This document shows, in pieces, positions 27,856 to 39,544 of a stretch of DNA of 64,000 nt. Both the position numbers and the translations under genes were made by a program. Source of the stretch: Flavobacteriales bacterium (GTDB taxonomy: Bacteria; Bacteroidota; Bacteroidia; Flavobacteriales; UBA7312); assembly GCA_016779935.1 (NCBI GenBank), contig JADHMQ010000002.1, positions 103,649 through 167,648 of the forward strand, read 5' to 3'. Numbering within the stretch: the stretch's first letter is position 1; the number at the start of each line of letters is the position of its first letter. The notes under the pieces are model-generated. The model saw only the letters and a program-made list of their open reading frames with translations. It was not told the origin of the DNA and did not search any database.

Positions 27856-28754
27856 TGGGGTATCACGAGGCAGTATTACTAAAAGAATCTATTGCTGGCC
27901 TTCGTATTGACCCTAACGGCACCTATGTTGATGTCACTTTTGGTGGCGGAGGACATTCAAAATCTATACTTGAAAAACTAGATAAAGGAATATTGTTTGC
28001 GTTTGATCAAGATGCTGATGCACAAAAAAATTCAATCGATGATAACCGTTTCGTGCTTATCAATCAGAATTTCAGATTTATGCAGAAGTTTTTGAGGCTA
28101 GAAGGGGTATTGAAAGTAGACGGTATACTAGCAGATTTGGGTGTTTCATCATATCAATTTGACACGGCCGACAGAGGTTTCTCAATACGAGAAGAAGGAG
28201 AGCTAGATATGCGAATGAATACCACTCAAGAGTTGTCCGCAAAGCAAGTGGTGAATGAATATGAACTTGATGATTTATGCCGAATATTTAGAGAGTATGG
28301 CGAATTGAAAAATGCGTTCTCAATTTCAAAATCAATTCTATTAGCTAGAGAAGAAGATGAAATTCTTACAACCGAAGACCTCAAAAATGCGGTAAAAAAA
28401 CACATCCCACCACACAAGAGCAATAAGATTTTAGCTCAGCTATTTCAAGCCATTAGAATTGAAGTTAACGATGAGCTAAAAGCGCTGAAAGAGATGCTCT
28501 TACAGTCTGTTGATTTATTAAAAACGGGGGGGAGACTATCCGTGATTTCATACCACTCTTTGGAAGATAGACTCGTTAAAAACCTAATTAAATCAGGCAA
28601 TTTTAAGGGTGATATTGAGAAAGACTTTTATGGCGTTCCAAACCTAATTCTAAAAGCGATTAGCAAAAAACCCATAACAGCTTCGCAAGAAGAGTTAGAA
28701 AGCAATCCAAGATCAAGAAGTGCAAAACTAAGAGTAAGCGAAAAGTTAGCATGA
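27855..28754 (+). CDS. rsmH: 16S rRNA (cytosine1402-N4)-methyltransferase
   Basis: 299 aa with VDVTFGGGGHS, DLGVSSYQ and SYHSLEDR blocks. Confidence 0.95.
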   Translation: MGYHEAVLLKESIAGLRIDPNGTYVDVTFGGGGHSKSILEKLDKGILFAFDQDADAQKNSIDDNRFVLINQNFRFMQKFLRLEGVLKVDGILADLGVSSYQFDTADRGFSIREEGELDMRMNTTQELSAKQVVNEYELDDLCRIFREYGELKNAFSISKSILLAREEDEILTTEDLKNAVKKHIPPHKSNKILAQLFQAIRIEVNDELKALKEMLLQSVDLLKTGGRLSVISYHSLEDRLVKNLIKSGNFKGDIEKDFYGVPNLILKAISKKPITASQEELESNPRSRSAKLRVSEKLA

Positions 28755-29095
28755 AAGATTTAAAGCAAACATATGAACCTAAAAAAGGATTTCAGAGTAA
28801 TTTTTCTGATGTATTGAGCGGAAAAATTTTAGAAAAAGGACTTTTTGAACTGCTTCCTTTTTCATTATACATCTGTTTGTTACTAGTGTTTTACATAAAC
28901 AATTCGTACAGAGCTGAAACTAGCGTTCGAACCATTTCATCTCTTGAGCGAGAGCTAAAAGATTTGAGATCAGAATACATCACTACCAAGTCGTTACTAA
29001 TGTACCAAAGCAAACAGACTGAAGTACAATCGCTAGTGGCTGACCACGGGATAGTAAAAAGCAATCAGCAACCATTTATAATTCGTGCTAAATAA
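28751..29095 (+). CDS. ftsL: FtsL-like cell division protein
   Basis: 114 aa. One TM segment followed by a coiled-coil-like stretch. Position between rsmH and ftsI. Confidence 0.65.
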   Translation: MKDLKQTYEPKKGFQSNFSDVLSGKILEKGLFELLPFSLYICLLLVFYINNSYRAETSVRTISSLERELKDLRSEYITTKSLLMYQSKQTEVQSLVADHGIVKSNQQPFIIRAK

Positions 29096-31179
29096 TGAAT
29101 CATCCTAAAAACATAAAAAGGCGAGCTGTTGCTATTTATCTTTTTATGATTTTAATGGCACTTGCCATAATAATACAGCCTTTATACACGCAATTTTTTG
29201 AGTCTCATTTATGGAATACCGACAAGTTTAACGTTACGCGAACCGTAAATGTAGCAGCAGCTCGAGGGAACATTTATTCAGACGATTTATCATTACTAGC
29301 AACATCCATTCCTGAATATGAAATTAGATGGGATGCCAAACAAGTAGATAAAGAGCTTTTAGAAGAAAACATAAATGAATTAGCCAAACAGCTATCTATT
29401 CTTTTCAAGGATAAAACATCTTCTGATTACGTTTCTTTACTTAGAAAAAGCTGGAATCAAAAGAAACGCTATGCTTTAATCAGAAGGAACGTTAACTATA
29501 ACGAGTTGAAATCTCTAAAGCGTTTTCCAATATTCAAAGAAGGGCGCTACAAGGGAGGTTTCAGATACATTCAGTTAAATAATAGGCAACAGCCTTTTCA
29601 AGAAATTGCAAGCAGAACCATTGGTTATCACAAGCAACACTCTAAGTCGGTAGGTATCGAAGGGGCTTTTAATTTTGATCTGAAGGGTAGAGATGGCGAA
29701 CGACTAGAGCAACGACTTGCAGGTAACGAGTGGATGCCAGTTCGAGAAAGAGAATCTTTTCCAGGAAAAGATGTCATTACTACCATTGATATTCGTTTTC
29801 AAGATGTCGCTCACAAAGCATTAGAAGATAGATTGCGTTTTCATGATGCCGACTTTGGAACCACCGTATTAATGGAAGTTTCAACAGGTGCAGTTAAAGC
29901 TATTGTAAACCTAAAGAAAAACGACAACGGAAGTTATGTTGAGCGTTACAATTATGCCATTGGCCAAAGTGTTGAGCCTGGTTCAACATTCAAACTAGCT
30001 TCAGTAATCGCAGCACTTGAAGATGGTTATCTTGATGAGAATGATTCCGTTAACACAACAGGAGGTAGTCATCAGTTTTACGATAGAGTCATGCGTGATT
30101 CGCGTGAAGGAGGATATGGTACCATTTCTTTAGAAAGGTCATTTACTAAATCATCAAATGTCGGAATTTCAAAGCTAATTAATAAACACTATAAATCAAA
30201 TCCTTCACAGTTTGTAGACAGAATTTACAGCATGGGTCTAAATGAAGCTTTAGGTATTTCTTTATCTGGTGAAGTAAAGCCAGATATTAGACACCCCAAG
30301 CAAACTAAAAACTGGTCCGGAACTACCTTACCATGGATGTCCATTGGTTATGGTATCAAGCTTACGCCAATTCAAATATTGAGTTTTTATTCCTCAATTG
30401 CCAATGACGGACAGCAAATAAAACCCTATTTCGTCAAATCAATCATGAATAATGGTATGGTCGAGAAAAACTTTTCGCCAGAAGTTCTAAATCCTTCAAT
30501 TTGTTCGATGACTAGCATTAAAAAAGTAAAGAAAATGTTAGAGAATGTTGTAGAAGATGGAACCGCAAGCAACATTCGTTCAAAGCAGTACAAAATTGCT
30601 GGTAAAACAGGCACTACTCAGCTAATTATTGATGGTAAATATACCAATGAAAGACACTTAGCATCATTTGTAGGTTACTTTCCTGCTGATTACCCCAAAT
30701 ACGCTTGTATAGTGATGATTAATGACCCCATGCAAAACGGTAGTTATGGTGGAGATGTTGCTGCACCAGTTTTCAGAGTTATTTCTGATTATGTGTATAA
30801 CACAGACTTATCCTTACAGAAGCCAGATACCGTTTTTTACGCCCAATCACCAGTTTCTAAAGATGGCAATAAATCGGATTTAACGAATGTACTAAATGAA
30901 TTGTCAGTAGAAATATCAGATGACAACCCCCTTTCTGAGTGGGTGCTCACAAACGCTAAAAAAGATGCAGTAGAGTTTAGCACGAGAAACATTCATAAAG
31001 ATCTTGAAAATAATACCATGCCAAATATAAAAGGTATGGGTTTGAGTGATGTGCTATTTCTGTTAGAGAATTACGGTTTGAAGGTAAATTACAGTGGTAG
31101 AGGGAGTATAAAATCACAATCAATTGACAAAGGACAACAAATTCGAAAAGGACAACAAATTAATATAATACTATCGTGA
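29095..31179 (+). CDS. ftsI: peptidoglycan D,D-transpeptidase FtsI (PBP3) with C-terminal PASTA-like domain
   Basis: 694 aa. N-terminal TM, SxxK (GSTFK), SxN (SSN), KTGT. The C-terminal about 65 aa (IKGMGLSDVLFLLENYGLKVNYSGRGSIKSQS) is PASTA-like. Confidence 0.9.
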   Translation: MNHPKNIKRRAVAIYLFMILMALAIIIQPLYTQFFESHLWNTDKFNVTRTVNVAAARGNIYSDDLSLLATSIPEYEIRWDAKQVDKELLEENINELAKQLSILFKDKTSSDYVSLLRKSWNQKKRYALIRRNVNYNELKSLKRFPIFKEGRYKGGFRYIQLNNRQQPFQEIASRTIGYHKQHSKSVGIEGAFNFDLKGRDGERLEQRLAGNEWMPVRERESFPGKDVITTIDIRFQDVAHKALEDRLRFHDADFGTTVLMEVSTGAVKAIVNLKKNDNGSYVERYNYAIGQSVEPGSTFKLASVIAALEDGYLDENDSVNTTGGSHQFYDRVMRDSREGGYGTISLERSFTKSSNVGISKLINKHYKSNPSQFVDRIYSMGLNEALGISLSGEVKPDIRHPKQTKNWSGTTLPWMSIGYGIKLTPIQILSFYSSIANDGQQIKPYFVKSIMNNGMVEKNFSPEVLNPSICSMTSIKKVKKMLENVVEDGTASNIRSKQYKIAGKTGTTQLIIDGKYTNERHLASFVGYFPADYPKYACIVMINDPMQNGSYGGDVAAPVFRVISDYVYNTDLSLQKPDTVFYAQSPVSKDGNKSDLTNVLNELSVEISDDNPLSEWVLTNAKKDAVEFSTRNIHKDLENNTMPNIKGMGLSDVLFLLENYGLKVNYSGRGSIKSQSIDKGQQIRKGQQINIILS

Positions 31180-32636
31180 AGTTATTACAAGACATATTAT
31201 ATAAGATTGAATTACTTGAGTGTGCTGGTTCAACTCACATTGCCATTCCTCAGATATGTTTTGATTCTAGAAACATAGTCAAAGATTGCTTATTTGTTGC
31301 TGTTAAGGGGACTCAAGTCGATGGGCATAAATACATTGAACAAGCTATACAAAACGGCGCTGTGGCTATTTTGGCTGAAGAACTTCCACTTAGTAAGCCC
31401 GAGGGCGTAACTTATATTAGAGTAAAAAATAGTTCAGAGTCCTTGGGTATTCTTGCCGCTAATTTTTATGATAATCCTTCAGAAAAATTAAATGTTGTTG
31501 CCATTACTGGAACAAACGGAAAAACTTCGGTAGCAACCTTGTTACATCAGTATTATCAATCGATTGGTGAGAAGTCAGGATTATTATCCACCATTACAAA
31601 TAAAATAGGTCATAATACTTTGCCATCTACACATACTACGCCAGATGCTCTCAGCATAAACCTCTTACTATCAAAAATGGTCAATGAGGGCTGTAAATAC
31701 TGTTTCATGGAAGCAAGTTCTCATGCTATTCACCAAAACAGAATATTTGGGTTATCCTTAAAAGGGGCGGTATTTATGAATATTAGTCATGATCATTTGG
31801 ACTACCACCAAACATTTGACGATTATATTTTAGCAAAAAAAGCATTGTTTGATAATCTTCCAGAATCTGCTTTTGCACTGGTTAACAAAGACGACAGACA
31901 TGGTTTAAATATGTTACATCATTGTGCTGCCAAAGGATACGCATTTGCTCAAAAATCTTCAGCGGATTTCAAGGTCAAAATTTTAGAAAGTCGTTTTGAT
32001 GGCACCTTACTAAACTGCAATGGAAAAGAAGTATGGACGAGATTGATAGGGCAATTCAATGCCTATAATCTTTTAGCCATTTATTCGACAGCCATATTAT
32101 TAGGTCAAGATGAGACACAAGCCCTCACTACAATTAGCGCATTAAATAGTGCGGAAGGGCGATTTGAAATTAGCCGATCTGAGGATGGAAAAGTAGGTAT
32201 TATAGATTATGCACATACACCAGACGCTCTGTTTAATGTGATTAATACTATAAATGAAATTAAACAAAATCAACAGTTAATTACAGTATTTGGTTGCGGT
32301 GGCGATAGAGATAAAAGCAAGCGTTCTAAGATGGGAAAAATCGCTTCTGAACTAAGTGAAAAAGTCATCGTTACTAGCGACAACCCTCGGTCTGAAAACC
32401 CCGATGCTATCATTGAAGAAATCCTTTCAGGCGTAGATGCTAAAAACCTCAAAAAAGTTATTGCTATTAGTGATAGGAAGGCAGCTATAAAAACAGCTTG
32501 TTCATTAGCTCAGCAAGGTGATGTTATTCTCATTGCTGGAAAAGGACATGAAAAATACCAAGAAATAAAGGGTGAGAAACTCCCCTTTGACGATAAAGAA
32601 GAATTGAAATACACATTTAACCTATTACAAGACTAA
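31176..32636 (+). CDS. murE: UDP-N-acetylmuramoyl-L-alanyl-D-glutamate--2,6-diaminopimelate ligase
   Basis: 486 aa. Mur ligase P-loop [16 protein letters not shown], and the DNPR motif typical of meso-DAP-adding MurE. Confidence 0.9.
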   Translation: MKLLQDILYKIELLECAGSTHIAIPQICFDSRNIVKDCLFVAVKGTQVDGHKYIEQAIQNGAVAILAEELPLSKPEGVTYIRVKNSSESLGILAANFYDNPSEKLNVVAITGTNGKTSVATLLHQYYQSIGEKSGLLSTITNKIGHNTLPSTHTTPDALSINLLLSKMVNEGCKYCFMEASSHAIHQNRIFGLSLKGAVFMNISHDHLDYHQTFDDYILAKKALFDNLPESAFALVNKDDRHGLNMLHHCAAKGYAFAQKSSADFKVKILESRFDGTLLNCNGKEVWTRLIGQFNAYNLLAIYSTAILLGQDETQALTTISALNSAEGRFEISRSEDGKVGIIDYAHTPDALFNVINTINEIKQNQQLITVFGCGGDRDKSKRSKMGKIASELSEKVIVTSDNPRSENPDAIIEEILSGVDAKNLKKVIAISDRKAAIKTACSLAQQGDVILIAGKGHEKYQEIKGEKLPFDDKEELKYTFNLLQD

Positions 32637-33850
32637 TGCTATATTATCTATTTGAATATCTCGACTCTACTTACCATCTTCCTGGAGCTGGAGTATTTCA
32701 ATATATTTCTTTTAGAGCAGCGATGGCAGTAATTACATCTTTATTGGTGTCTATGGTCTTTGGTGGGCGTATTATAAATTTCATAAGAAATAAACAGATT
32801 GGTGAAGAAGTTAGAGAACTTGGTTTGCAAGGTGAAGAACAAAAGAAGGGAACGCCAACTATGGGTGGACTCATCATCATTGCAGCGATTTTATTACCTA
32901 CAATATTATTCGCAAAGCTTTCCAATATTTACATCATTCTAATGATAATATCTACAATATGGTTAGGTATTATTGGCTTTATAGATGACTACATCAAAGT
33001 ATTCAAAAAAGACAAAGAAGGATTAGCAGGACGATTCAAAATTATTGGACAAGTTGGTCTAGGAATCATAATAGGGTTCACAATCTACTTCAATGATGGT
33101 ATAACTATTAAAGAGGAAATTAGAGGAGATGCAGTAGTTAATCAAGAAGAAGTATTTGGAGAAGAAATAAAATCTATAAAAACCACAATTCCATTTGTAA
33201 AAAACAATGAATTTGATTACTCAAGATTAGTCTCCTGGATGGGTGATGATGCCGCTTCATATGCCTGGATAGTCTTTGTTTTAATTGTCATTTTTATTGT
33301 TACAGCAGTAAGTAATGGTGCAAATATGACTGACGGACTGGATGGCTTAGCAACTGGTACTTCAGCAATTATTGGAACAACTTTAGGAATACTAGCCTAT
33401 GTTTCTGGTAATGTATTTTTTGCAGATTATCTGAACATTATGTACTTGCCAAACTCGGGTGAACTAGTGATTTATATGGCATCCTTTGTTGGTGCTTGCG
33501 TAGGCTTTCTTTGGTATAATTCTTTTCCAGCACAAGTCTTTATGGGCGATACCGGAAGTTTAGCATTAGGAGGAATAATAGCCGTATTCGCCATAGCAAT
33601 AAGAAAAGAATTATTAATACCAGTATTATGTGGAATATTCTTAGTAGAGAATCTTTCAGTAATGATGCAGGTATCCTATTTCAAGTATACCAAAAAGAAA
33701 TATGGTGAGGGAAGACGCATATTTAAAATGGCTCCCTTACACCACCATTTTCAAAAACTAGGTATACATGAAAGCAAAATAGTAACACGATTTTGGATTG
33801 TGGGAGTAATGTTAGCGATACTAACTATTGTCACACTTAAACTAAGATAA
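32636..33850 (+). CDS. mraY: phospho-N-acetylmuramoyl-pentapeptide transferase
   Basis: 404 aa polytopic membrane protein with [33 protein letters not shown] and PLHHHF motifs. Confidence 0.95.
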   Translation: MLYYLFEYLDSTYHLPGAGVFQYISFRAAMAVITSLLVSMVFGGRIINFIRNKQIGEEVRELGLQGEEQKKGTPTMGGLIIIAAILLPTILFAKLSNIYIILMIISTIWLGIIGFIDDYIKVFKKDKEGLAGRFKIIGQVGLGIIIGFTIYFNDGITIKEEIRGDAVVNQEEVFGEEIKSIKTTIPFVKNNEFDYSRLVSWMGDDAASYAWIVFVLIVIFIVTAVSNGANMTDGLDGLATGTSAIIGTTLGILAYVSGNVFFADYLNIMYLPNSGELVIYMASFVGACVGFLWYNSFPAQVFMGDTGSLALGGIIAVFAIAIRKELLIPVLCGIFLVENLSVMMQVSYFKYTKKKYGEGRRIFKMAPLHHHFQKLGIHESKIVTRFWIVGVMLAILTIVTLKLR

Positions 33851-35175
33851 TGGAAAAAGTAGTTGTGCTAGGCGGAGGAGAAAGCGGTTGTGGAACAGCT
33901 GTTTTAGCACAACAAAAAGGATTTAATGTATTTCTATCTGATAATGGAAAGATAAAGGAGAAATACAAAAATGTTCTTACACATAATGAGATTGAATGGG
34001 AAGAGGAAAAACATACCGATTTACGTTTTTTTGAAGCTGATATTATTGTAAAAAGTCCAGGAATACCAGACACTATTCCATTAATAATGGATTTGAAACA
34101 AGCGGGAATACCAGTTATTTCAGAAATAGAGTTTGCAGTTCAATATACGGATGCAAAAATTATTGGAATAACAGGTAGTAACGGGAAAACTACGACAACA
34201 CTATTAATAGGTCATATGCTAAAAAAAGCAGGACTTAATGTAGGAGTCGCAGGAAATATTGGTGAGAGTTTTGCCTTACAAGTTGCTACTGAAAATTATG
34301 ACTATTACGTTCTGGAGCTCAGTAGCTTTCAACTCGATGGAATCCGTTCCTTCAAACCCCATATAGCAATTCTGTTAAACATCACTGCAGACCATATGGA
34401 TAGGTATGCAAATAATATTCAGAATTACATTCAATCGAAACTAAGAATTACAATGAATCAGGACAGTAGTGACTATTTAATCTACTGCGATGACGACAGT
34501 AACATAACTGAACATTTAACAACACAAGCACAGTGCTTACCTTTTTCTATAAAGAAGACGCAAAAACAAGGTGCTTATTTAGATAGGGATGAAATAAAAT
34601 TAAACATTAATGATAAGTCATTTATTATGAATATTCAACAACTAGCCCTTCAGGGCAAACACAACATCTACAATTCTATGGCGGCATCTATTGCTTCCAG
34701 GATTTTAGAATTAAAGAAAGATATAATTCGAGAAAGTCTAATTGACTTCAAAAACGTAGAACATCGACTTGAAAGAGTGATAAAAGTTCACGGCATTGAG
34801 TTTATCAATGACTCCAAAGCAACAAATGTTAACTCTACTTGGTATGCCTTAGAAAGCATGACTAAAAAAACCATTTGGATAGTTGGCGGAATTGATAAGG
34901 GCAACGACTATTCCTCACTTATACCACTTGTAAAAGAAAAAGTCAAAACTATTATTTGCTTAGGCGAAAATATTGATTCTATAAAGAACTCTTTTGAGAA
35001 TACTGGAGTTGAAATGCTTTACGCTTCGGATATGAAAGAAGCAGTAAACCTATCATACGGTAGTGCATTGAAAGGAGATGCAGTATTATTATCTCCAGCA
35101 TGTGCAAGTTTTGACTTGTTTGAAAACTATGAGCACAGAGGGTATGAATTTAAATCTATGGTCAGAACACTATAA
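33850..35175 (+). CDS. murD: UDP-N-acetylmuramoylalanine--D-glutamate ligase
   Basis: 441 aa. N-terminal Rossmann VVLGGGESG, Mur ligase P-loop GSNGKTTT, and an HRLE block. Confidence 0.9.
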   Translation: MEKVVVLGGGESGCGTAVLAQQKGFNVFLSDNGKIKEKYKNVLTHNEIEWEEEKHTDLRFFEADIIVKSPGIPDTIPLIMDLKQAGIPVISEIEFAVQYTDAKIIGITGSNGKTTTTLLIGHMLKKAGLNVGVAGNIGESFALQVATENYDYYVLELSSFQLDGIRSFKPHIAILLNITADHMDRYANNIQNYIQSKLRITMNQDSSDYLIYCDDDSNITEHLTTQAQCLPFSIKKTQKQGAYLDRDEIKLNINDKSFIMNIQQLALQGKHNIYNSMAASIASRILELKKDIIRESLIDFKNVEHRLERVIKVHGIEFINDSKATNVNSTWYALESMTKKTIWIVGGIDKGNDYSSLIPLVKEKVKTIICLGENIDSIKNSFENTGVEMLYASDMKEAVNLSYGSALKGDAVLLSPACASFDLFENYEHRGYEFKSMVRTL

Positions 35176-36342
35176 ATGGGTCTATTTAAAAAATATATCA
35201 ATCTAGAAGGGGACACCAGAATTTGGGCGGTGATATTCTTCTTGGTATTCGTTTCCATTGTAGTGGTGTATAGTGCAACAGGTGGTTTAGCCTATACGTC
35301 ATATGGAGGTAATACTTGGTATTTATTTTTTAAACACTGTAGATTTCTCATAATAGGACTATTATTTATTTATTTCATCCATAAAATTCCGCATAAATAT
35401 TATTCCAGACTTGGTCAGTTAGGCTTCATCATTGCCATCCCGATACTAATTTACACAGTAGCTTTTGGTACATCATTAAATGATGCAAGCCGTTGGATTA
35501 CTATCGGAGATATGCCAATTAATACATTTGAGATTGGAAAAATTGCTATCACAGTATTTTTGGCACGTCAGTTAGTTAAAATTCAAGACAATATCACCGA
35601 TTTTAAAAGTGTAGCATGGAAATTATTTGCTCCCCTTCTTTTAGTCTGTGCTATCATTTTTCCAGCTAACTTTTCTACAGCTGCCATGATATTTGCTGCA
35701 AACCTTATGCTATTATACTTAGGCGGTGTGCCATTCAGGTTTTTGTCGCTATTGCTAGTTGGAATTATTGGATTAGGAGCTATTGTCATAAGCCTATCAC
35801 TTACCATCCCTTCACTACAAAAAACATTCCCAAGAGCTCAAACTTGGGTAAATAGAGTAAAGAATTTTTCACAAGATGAATCTGTAAGCAGCGACGCCAA
35901 TTATCAAGTAACACATGCGAAAATAGCCATAGTAAATGGTGGTATAAAGGGAAGAGGACCAGGAAAGAGTACGCAGAGAAATGTGTTGCCATTGCCAAAC
36001 TCCGATTATGTTTATGCTATACTTATCGAAGAATGGGGTGTTTTGGGAGGTATAGCCGTTGTCTTTGCGTACATTATTTTACTGCTTCGAGGTAAACGTA
36101 TTTTTAATTTAGCACCTGACCCATTAGCAGCATATCTAGGGGTAGGACTTAGTATATCATTAGTGTTTCAAGCCTTTATAAATATGGCTGTTGCGGTAGA
36201 TTTATTCCCAGTAACAGGGCAAACCTTACCTATGATAAGCATGGGTGGAGTATCAGTAATATTTACATGTATTTCACTTGGAATTATCCTAAGTGCAAGC
36301 AAAGGAATTAACGTATCAAAAATCAGTACCAATGTCAGTTAA
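35176..36342 (+). CDS. ftsW: SEDS-family peptidoglycan polymerase FtsW
   Basis: 388 aa, about 10 TM segments, SEDS blocks (PNSDYVYAILIEEWG, GQTLPMISMGG). Position within the dcw cluster. Confidence 0.9.
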   Translation: MGLFKKYINLEGDTRIWAVIFFLVFVSIVVVYSATGGLAYTSYGGNTWYLFFKHCRFLIIGLLFIYFIHKIPHKYYSRLGQLGFIIAIPILIYTVAFGTSLNDASRWITIGDMPINTFEIGKIAITVFLARQLVKIQDNITDFKSVAWKLFAPLLLVCAIIFPANFSTAAMIFAANLMLLYLGGVPFRFLSLLLVGIIGLGAIVISLSLTIPSLQKTFPRAQTWVNRVKNFSQDESVSSDANYQVTHAKIAIVNGGIKGRGPGKSTQRNVLPLPNSDYVYAILIEEWGVLGGIAVVFAYIILLLRGKRIFNLAPDPLAAYLGVGLSISLVFQAFINMAVAVDLFPVTGQTLPMISMGGVSVIFTCISLGIILSASKGINVSKISTNVS

Positions 36343-37426
36343 AGTAATTATAAGTGGTGGCGGTACTGGAGGGCATATCTTTCCAGCAATTTCAATTGCA
36401 AACGAATTGAAGTCAAGAATAAAAGACATTGATATTCTATTTGTAGGAGCAAAAGGTCGAATGGAAATGGAGAAAGTCCCCAAAGCTGGATATCCAATAA
36501 AAGGCTTAAGTATAAATGGTTTTCAAAGAAATTGGCGAGATACAAGAAACCTTTCTTTCCCATTTAAGCTGCTATTTAGCTTGTTGAAATCCTATTTCAT
36601 TGTTAGGAAATTTAAACCGGAAGTGGTTGTTGGGACGGGTGGTTATGCCAGTGGACCTTTATTATTTGTCGCTTCAAAGTTATCCATACCCGCTCTTATT
36701 CAAGAACAAAATTCTTATCCAGGAATTACTAATAAATTACTATCAAAATCAGTGCAAAAGATTTGTGTTGCTTATGAAAATATGCAGCGATTCTTTCCAG
36801 AGGATAAGCTTTTACTATTGGGTAATCCTATTAGAAAAGATTTGATTGGTTGTGCATCCAAAAAAGCACAAGGGATAAAGCATTTTGAGTTGGATGAAAT
36901 AAAGCCTGTTGTGCTAGTCATAGGTGGGAGTTTAGGAGCAAGAACAATTAATGAATCTATGGCAGCTTTAATTGATGATTTAGAATCTGGGGACATTCAA
37001 TTGATATGGCAAACAGGGGTGTCGTTTGAAAAACAAGCTTTAGAGTTAACAAAAGACAAAAAGAATATTCAAGCCAGTGCATTTATTTACGAGATGGACT
37101 TAGCTTATAGTGTAGCGGATGTTATTATTTCAAGAGCTGGAGCAAGCACGATTTCAGAGTTATGTCTTATAGGAAAGCCAGCAATACTTGTTCCTTCGCC
37201 AAATGTTGCTGAAGACCATCAGACTAAAAATGCTATGGCTCTAGTGGATAAAAGTGCAGCATTAATGGTAAAAGATAATGAAGCAAAAAAGGAATTAGGA
37301 AAAACATTAAGTGAACTACTTAATAACAATGAAAAACAAAAGAAATTAGCTAAAAACATAAAAAAACTAGCAATAGCTGATTCCTCGAAATTAATAGTGG
37401 ATGAAGTATTAAAGTTAATAGACTAA
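36332..37426 (+). CDS. murG: undecaprenyldiphospho-muramoylpentapeptide beta-N-acetylglucosaminyltransferase
   Basis: ISGGGTGGHIFPA N-terminus and a C-terminal SRAGASTISEL...DHQTKNA block. Start moved to the ATG at 36332, overlapping the ftsW stop. Confidence 0.9.
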   Translation: MSVKVIISGGGTGGHIFPAISIANELKSRIKDIDILFVGAKGRMEMEKVPKAGYPIKGLSINGFQRNWRDTRNLSFPFKLLFSLLKSYFIVRKFKPEVVVGTGGYASGPLLFVASKLSIPALIQEQNSYPGITNKLLSKSVQKICVAYENMQRFFPEDKLLLLGNPIRKDLIGCASKKAQGIKHFELDEIKPVVLVIGGSLGARTINESMAALIDDLESGDIQLIWQTGVSFEKQALELTKDKKNIQASAFIYEMDLAYSVADVIISRAGASTISELCLIGKPAILVPSPNVAEDHQTKNAMALVDKSAALMVKDNEAKKELGKTLSELLNNNEKQKKLAKNIKKLAIADSSKLIVDEVLKLID

Positions 37427-38830
37427 ATGAATATTAAATTATTTGAAAAACTTTATTTTATTGGTGTTGGCGGTATAGGTATGTCAGCACTAGCACGCTA
37501 TTTCAATTCAAAAGGGTTGGAGGTTTGTGGGTATGACAAAACACCTTCAGAACTTACAGCTCAACTTCAAGAAGAAGGAATTGATATTCATTTTGACGAT
37601 AATCATATTCCAGAACACATTAAGACTGCTAATCATCATTCACTATTGGTAGTATATACACCAGCAGTGAGTTTGGAAAGCTATCAACTTCAATATTTTG
37701 AATCCAAAAAGTGGAATGTCTTGAAGAGAGCGGAGCTATTAGGTCTAATTACTCAGGAGGCCTATACCATAGCTGTTTCAGGAACTCATGGTAAAACTAC
37801 AACCTCATGCATTTTAGCTCATATACTTAAGAGTTGCAATATAGAATGCACAGCCTTTTTAGGAGGTATAAGCACTAATCTTAATTCTAATTTACTCTTA
37901 TCCAAAAAAGGTAATATCGTAGTTGTTGAAGCCGATGAGTATGATAAATCATTCCTAAAACTCAATCCCGATATAATTGTGATAACCTCTGTAGATGCAG
38001 ATCATTTAGATGTTTACAAAGATGAGAATGAAATAAAAAATACATTCAAAGCATTTGTTCGAAACCTCAAGCCAGAGGGCATGCTGTTAGTCAACAAATC
38101 CATTGCTATAGACTTTAAGACAAACGATGATACCTTACAACTTAGCTACTCATCATCAGTAAAGGCAGATAATTATGCGTCGAATTTGAGAATAGAAAAT
38201 ACAAATCAAATTTTTGATGCCCAGTTTATTGACATCTTACCAGGCCAAGTATACGAACACCAGCTTAAAGATATCGTGCTAAAATTGCCAGGAAAACATA
38301 ATGTGGAGAATGCACTTGCAGCAACAGTTGTAGCTTCATATCTAGGAGCAAATTCAGCAGACATTAAATCGGCTATTGCTTCATTTAGAGGAGTGAAAAG
38401 AAGGTATGAATTTCATGCCAATGGCAAGTACGTGTATATTGATGATTATGCCCATCATCCAGAAGAGGTAAAAGCAACATTGGAAGCAACCAAGCAGTTG
38501 TTCCCTAACAAGAAAATAACAGCAGTATTTCAGCCTCATTTATTCAGCAGAACTCGTGATTTCGCTGATGAATTCGGAGAATCATTATCCTTAGCCGATG
38601 AGGTGTTGCTATTGGAAATATACCCTGCCCGAGAGTTGCCAATAGAAGGCGTTAACTCAAAGATGTTGTTGGAAAAGATTTCTAAAAGTGAAAAAAACAT
38701 TATTGCTAAAGAATTATTAGTACAAGAGTTAACCCATCCCAAAAGAGAAGTATTACTGACTATGGGAGCAGGAGATATTGATAGGTTTATTGAACCACTA
38801 ACACAATGTTATCAAGATGAAGTGGATTAG
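37427..38830 (+). CDS. murC: UDP-N-acetylmuramate--L-alanine ligase
   Basis: 467 aa with FIGVGGIGMSALA, GTHGKTTT and DDYAHHPEE motifs. Confidence 0.9.
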   Translation: MNIKLFEKLYFIGVGGIGMSALARYFNSKGLEVCGYDKTPSELTAQLQEEGIDIHFDDNHIPEHIKTANHHSLLVVYTPAVSLESYQLQYFESKKWNVLKRAELLGLITQEAYTIAVSGTHGKTTTSCILAHILKSCNIECTAFLGGISTNLNSNLLLSKKGNIVVVEADEYDKSFLKLNPDIIVITSVDADHLDVYKDENEIKNTFKAFVRNLKPEGMLLVNKSIAIDFKTNDDTLQLSYSSSVKADNYASNLRIENTNQIFDAQFIDILPGQVYEHQLKDIVLKLPGKHNVENALAATVVASYLGANSADIKSAIASFRGVKRRYEFHANGKYVYIDDYAHHPEEVKATLEATKQLFPNKKITAVFQPHLFSRTRDFADEFGESLSLADEVLLLEIYPARELPIEGVNSKMLLEKISKSEKNIIAKELLVQELTHPKREVLLTMGAGDIDRFIEPLTQCYQDEVD

Positions 38831-39542
38831 TATCATATCACATACCGTTCTCTTTGCTGGCTTGGTAGTTTTATTAGGCTTTACATCTATGCGTCATGAA
38901 GATAAAAAATGTACTGACTATCGCATTGATCTTGGCGCTGCTGAAGGCTCACTAATTACTCAAGGAGAAGTGATATTACTTATGGAGTCAGTATCTGATA
39001 GTTTAGTCGGACAGTCGGTAACACAATTACCACTCTATGAAATTGAAAATAAAATAGAACAGCAAAAAAATGTTGAAAATGCTGAGGTATATGTAACTCT
39101 TGATGGGCGACTAAAAATTGATGTACAACAAAAAGACCCAATAGTACGTGTGAAGTCAGCAAATAAACAAGAGTTTTATATGGATGAAGGAGGGACGATT
39201 TTTGAACTCTCATCAAACTATACCAAACGCTTATTAGTTGCTAACGGCAACATCAAAGACAGCATTGATTTATCCATGATACATACTTTAGCAAAATATG
39301 TTAATTCTGACTCCTTTTTAAAATCTCAAATCATTCAGATTTATGTAAAAGAAAATAAAGAAATAGAATTAATACCAAGAGTTGGAAATCATAATATACT
39401 ATTAGGAAATATTAATGGATATAAAGAAAAATTTAAAAAATTAAAGTTGTTCTACTCTGAAGGCGTAAAGCAAACAGGCTGGAATAACCATAAAGAAATA
39501 AATCTGAAGTTTAAAGATCAAATTGTTTGTGTAAAAAAATAA
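38817..39542 (+). CDS. ftsQ: cell division protein FtsQ
   Basis: 241 aa. Single N-terminal TM followed by POTRA-like and FtsQ-type regions. Position between murC and ftsA. Confidence 0.75.
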   Translation: MKWISIISHTVLFAGLVVLLGFTSMRHEDKKCTDYRIDLGAAEGSLITQGEVILLMESVSDSLVGQSVTQLPLYEIENKIEQQKNVENAEVYVTLDGRLKIDVQQKDPIVRVKSANKQEFYMDEGGTIFELSSNYTKRLLVANGNIKDSIDLSMIHTLAKYVNSDSFLKSQIIQIYVKENKEIELIPRVGNHNILLGNINGYKEKFKKLKLFYSEGVKQTGWNNHKEINLKFKDQIVCVKK

Positions 39543-39544
39543 AT